Assembly (NCBI GenBank): GCA_040290255.1
Contig: PSMU01000003.1
Coordinates: 90,437 to 154,436, forward strand
Source of the DNA: Nitrososphaerota archaeon
GTDB taxonomy: Archaea; Thermoproteota; Nitrososphaeria; PSMU01
DNA length: 64,000 nt
Direction: 5' to 3'
Shown: in pieces, positions 63,331 to 64,000 of the stretch
Position numbering within the stretch: the first letter of the stretch is position 1
Layout of the letters: each line of letters begins with the position of its first letter
Program-made: the position numbers and the translations under genes
Notes under the pieces: generated by a model
What the model was told of the DNA's origin: nothing
Seen by the model: only the letters and a program-made list of their open reading frames with translations
The model's database searches: none

Positions 63331-63339
63331 CATATAAGG
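63331..63339 (-). promoter_or_regulatory. TATA box of the rps25e-rpl4-rpl2-rps4e unit
   Basis: CCTTATATG on the - strand, ~33 nt upstream of the GTG at 63298. Confidence 0.6.
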
Positions 63340-63592
63340 CTTTACGCCGCGCTGGCCCAAAAGGAGCTGCGCAGCCGGCTGGTGGAGAAGGAGTAAGGGC
63401 TGGCCCTCGGCCTCGTGGCCCACGCGTTATCCGCGAGCTCGCCTCGAGCCGCGGCGAAGCTAAGCCCGCGCATCCCCTGAGCGCCCTTATGATGAGGCAG
63501 GACAGCGTCCAAGGGGGTTCTAGAATGAAGCCCCACCCCTCCGCAGGCCCTTCCCCATAAAAGGCCTGCCATCCTCGGCCCTCTGCCTTCTA

Positions 63593-63683
63593 TGGTAGCC
63601 CGGGCCGGATTCGAACCGGCGTCACCGGCTCCAAAGGCCGGCACTCAAGGGCGCTCCCTGCTTGGCCGCTACACCACCGGGCT
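63593..63683 (-). tRNA. tRNA-Gln(UUG) with 15-nt intron at 24/25 (63644-63658), CCA encoded
   Basis: Acceptor AGCCCGG/CCGGGCU, anticodon arm CCGGC-CUUUGGA-GCCGG, T-arm GCCGG-UUCGAAU-CCGGC; 76 nt after intron removal; perfect BHB motif. Confidence 0.95.
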
Positions 63684-63705
63684 GGGCCAACGAACCCCTC
63701 CTGCC

Positions 63706-63744
63706 TATTAAGCTCACCGCCCTCGGGCCGCAAACGATTTTAAG
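63706..63744. promoter_or_regulatory. Divergent TATA boxes for tRNA-Gln (-) and tRNA-Arg (+)
   Basis: TTAATA on the - strand (63706-63711) and TTTTAAG on the + strand (63738-63744), each ~22 nt from the tRNA 5' end. Confidence 0.75.
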
Positions 63745-63765
63745 CCGGAGAGATGCGCATGACTG

Positions 63766-63851
63766 GGGCCCGTAGCCCAGCATGGATAGGGCGGCAGAGC
63801 TGGCCGAGCCTCCTAAGCTGCAGGTCGTGGGTTCAAATCCCACCGGGCCCG
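63766..63851 (+). tRNA. tRNA-Arg(CCU) with 11-nt intron at 30/31 (63798-63808), no encoded CCA
   Basis: Acceptor GGGCCCG/CGGGCCC, D-stem GCCC/GGGC, spliced anticodon arm GCAGC-CUCCUAA-GCUGC, T-arm GUGGG-UUCAAAU-CCCAC. Confidence 0.93.
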
Positions 63852-63932
63852 CTCCTGGGCATGGATTAGCCGGCGCATTGGTTTGAAGGAAGTGTAGTTG
63901 CTTAGGGCCAGCTTGGGCAGGGAGCGGCGGCC

Positions 63933-64000
63933 TTACTCCTCCTGCTGCAGGAGGCTTTCGCGCACGTAGATGGCTACATCGTAAAACGTGGCCAGCGCTA
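63933..64000 (-). CDS. C-terminus of a probable bifunctional nuclease (DUF151) protein, partial
   Basis: Manual translation ALATFYDVAIYVRESLLQQEE* resembles the DUF151 'ALA....PIYV.E.VL' end. Confidence 0.5.
   Translation of the reverse strand, partial: ALATFYDVAIYVRESLLQQEE

Noticed and set aside
63345-63565. Possible RNase P RNA
   Set aside because: Lacks the conserved P4 sequences (GAGGAAxxUCC...ACAGAA..xGCUUA).
63622-63843. 73-aa ORF MGFEPTT... and the upstream part of the 63342-63644 ORF
   Set aside because: Typical spurious translations across tRNA genes.
1-64000. CRISPR arrays, IS elements, integrases, att duplications at the tRNAs
   Set aside because: By eye I saw no regularly spaced repeats, no transposase or integrase motifs and no duplicated tRNA 3' ends; composition looks uniform.

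Overview
This window looks like very compact, high-GC archaeal chromosome. The gene content points to a basal Nitrososphaerota/TACK-type lineage (eS25, eS4, thermosome, PriL/PriX-type primase subunit, BHB tRNA introns); that assignment is an inference. It is mostly housekeeping: translation (pheS, valS, eS25-uL4-uL2-eS4, SRP RNA, two intron-containing tRNAs), tRNA modification (queC, trmY, trmI, ttuA), TCA cycle (fumC, idh-like, sdhACDB), purine/pterin synthesis (guaBA, pyrE, mptE, folP), DNA metabolism (herA-nurA, lhr-MPE, topA, lig, DUF99), tldDE and a complete type IV pilus locus. I found no transposase, integrase, CRISPR array or rRNA gene. The main oddities are: a herA-nurA pair without mre11/rad50, next to queC; a PriL-PriX fusion with no Fe-S domain; a rearranged ribosomal protein operon; 15-nt and 11-nt non-canonical tRNA introns; a membrane protein with two AmoC/PmoC-like metal motifs; a ValRS with altered HIGH and KMSKS motifs; an 829-aa pilin-like adhesin; and a ~250-bp structured intergenic region. 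All calls come from recognising motifs by eye; no database searches were run.
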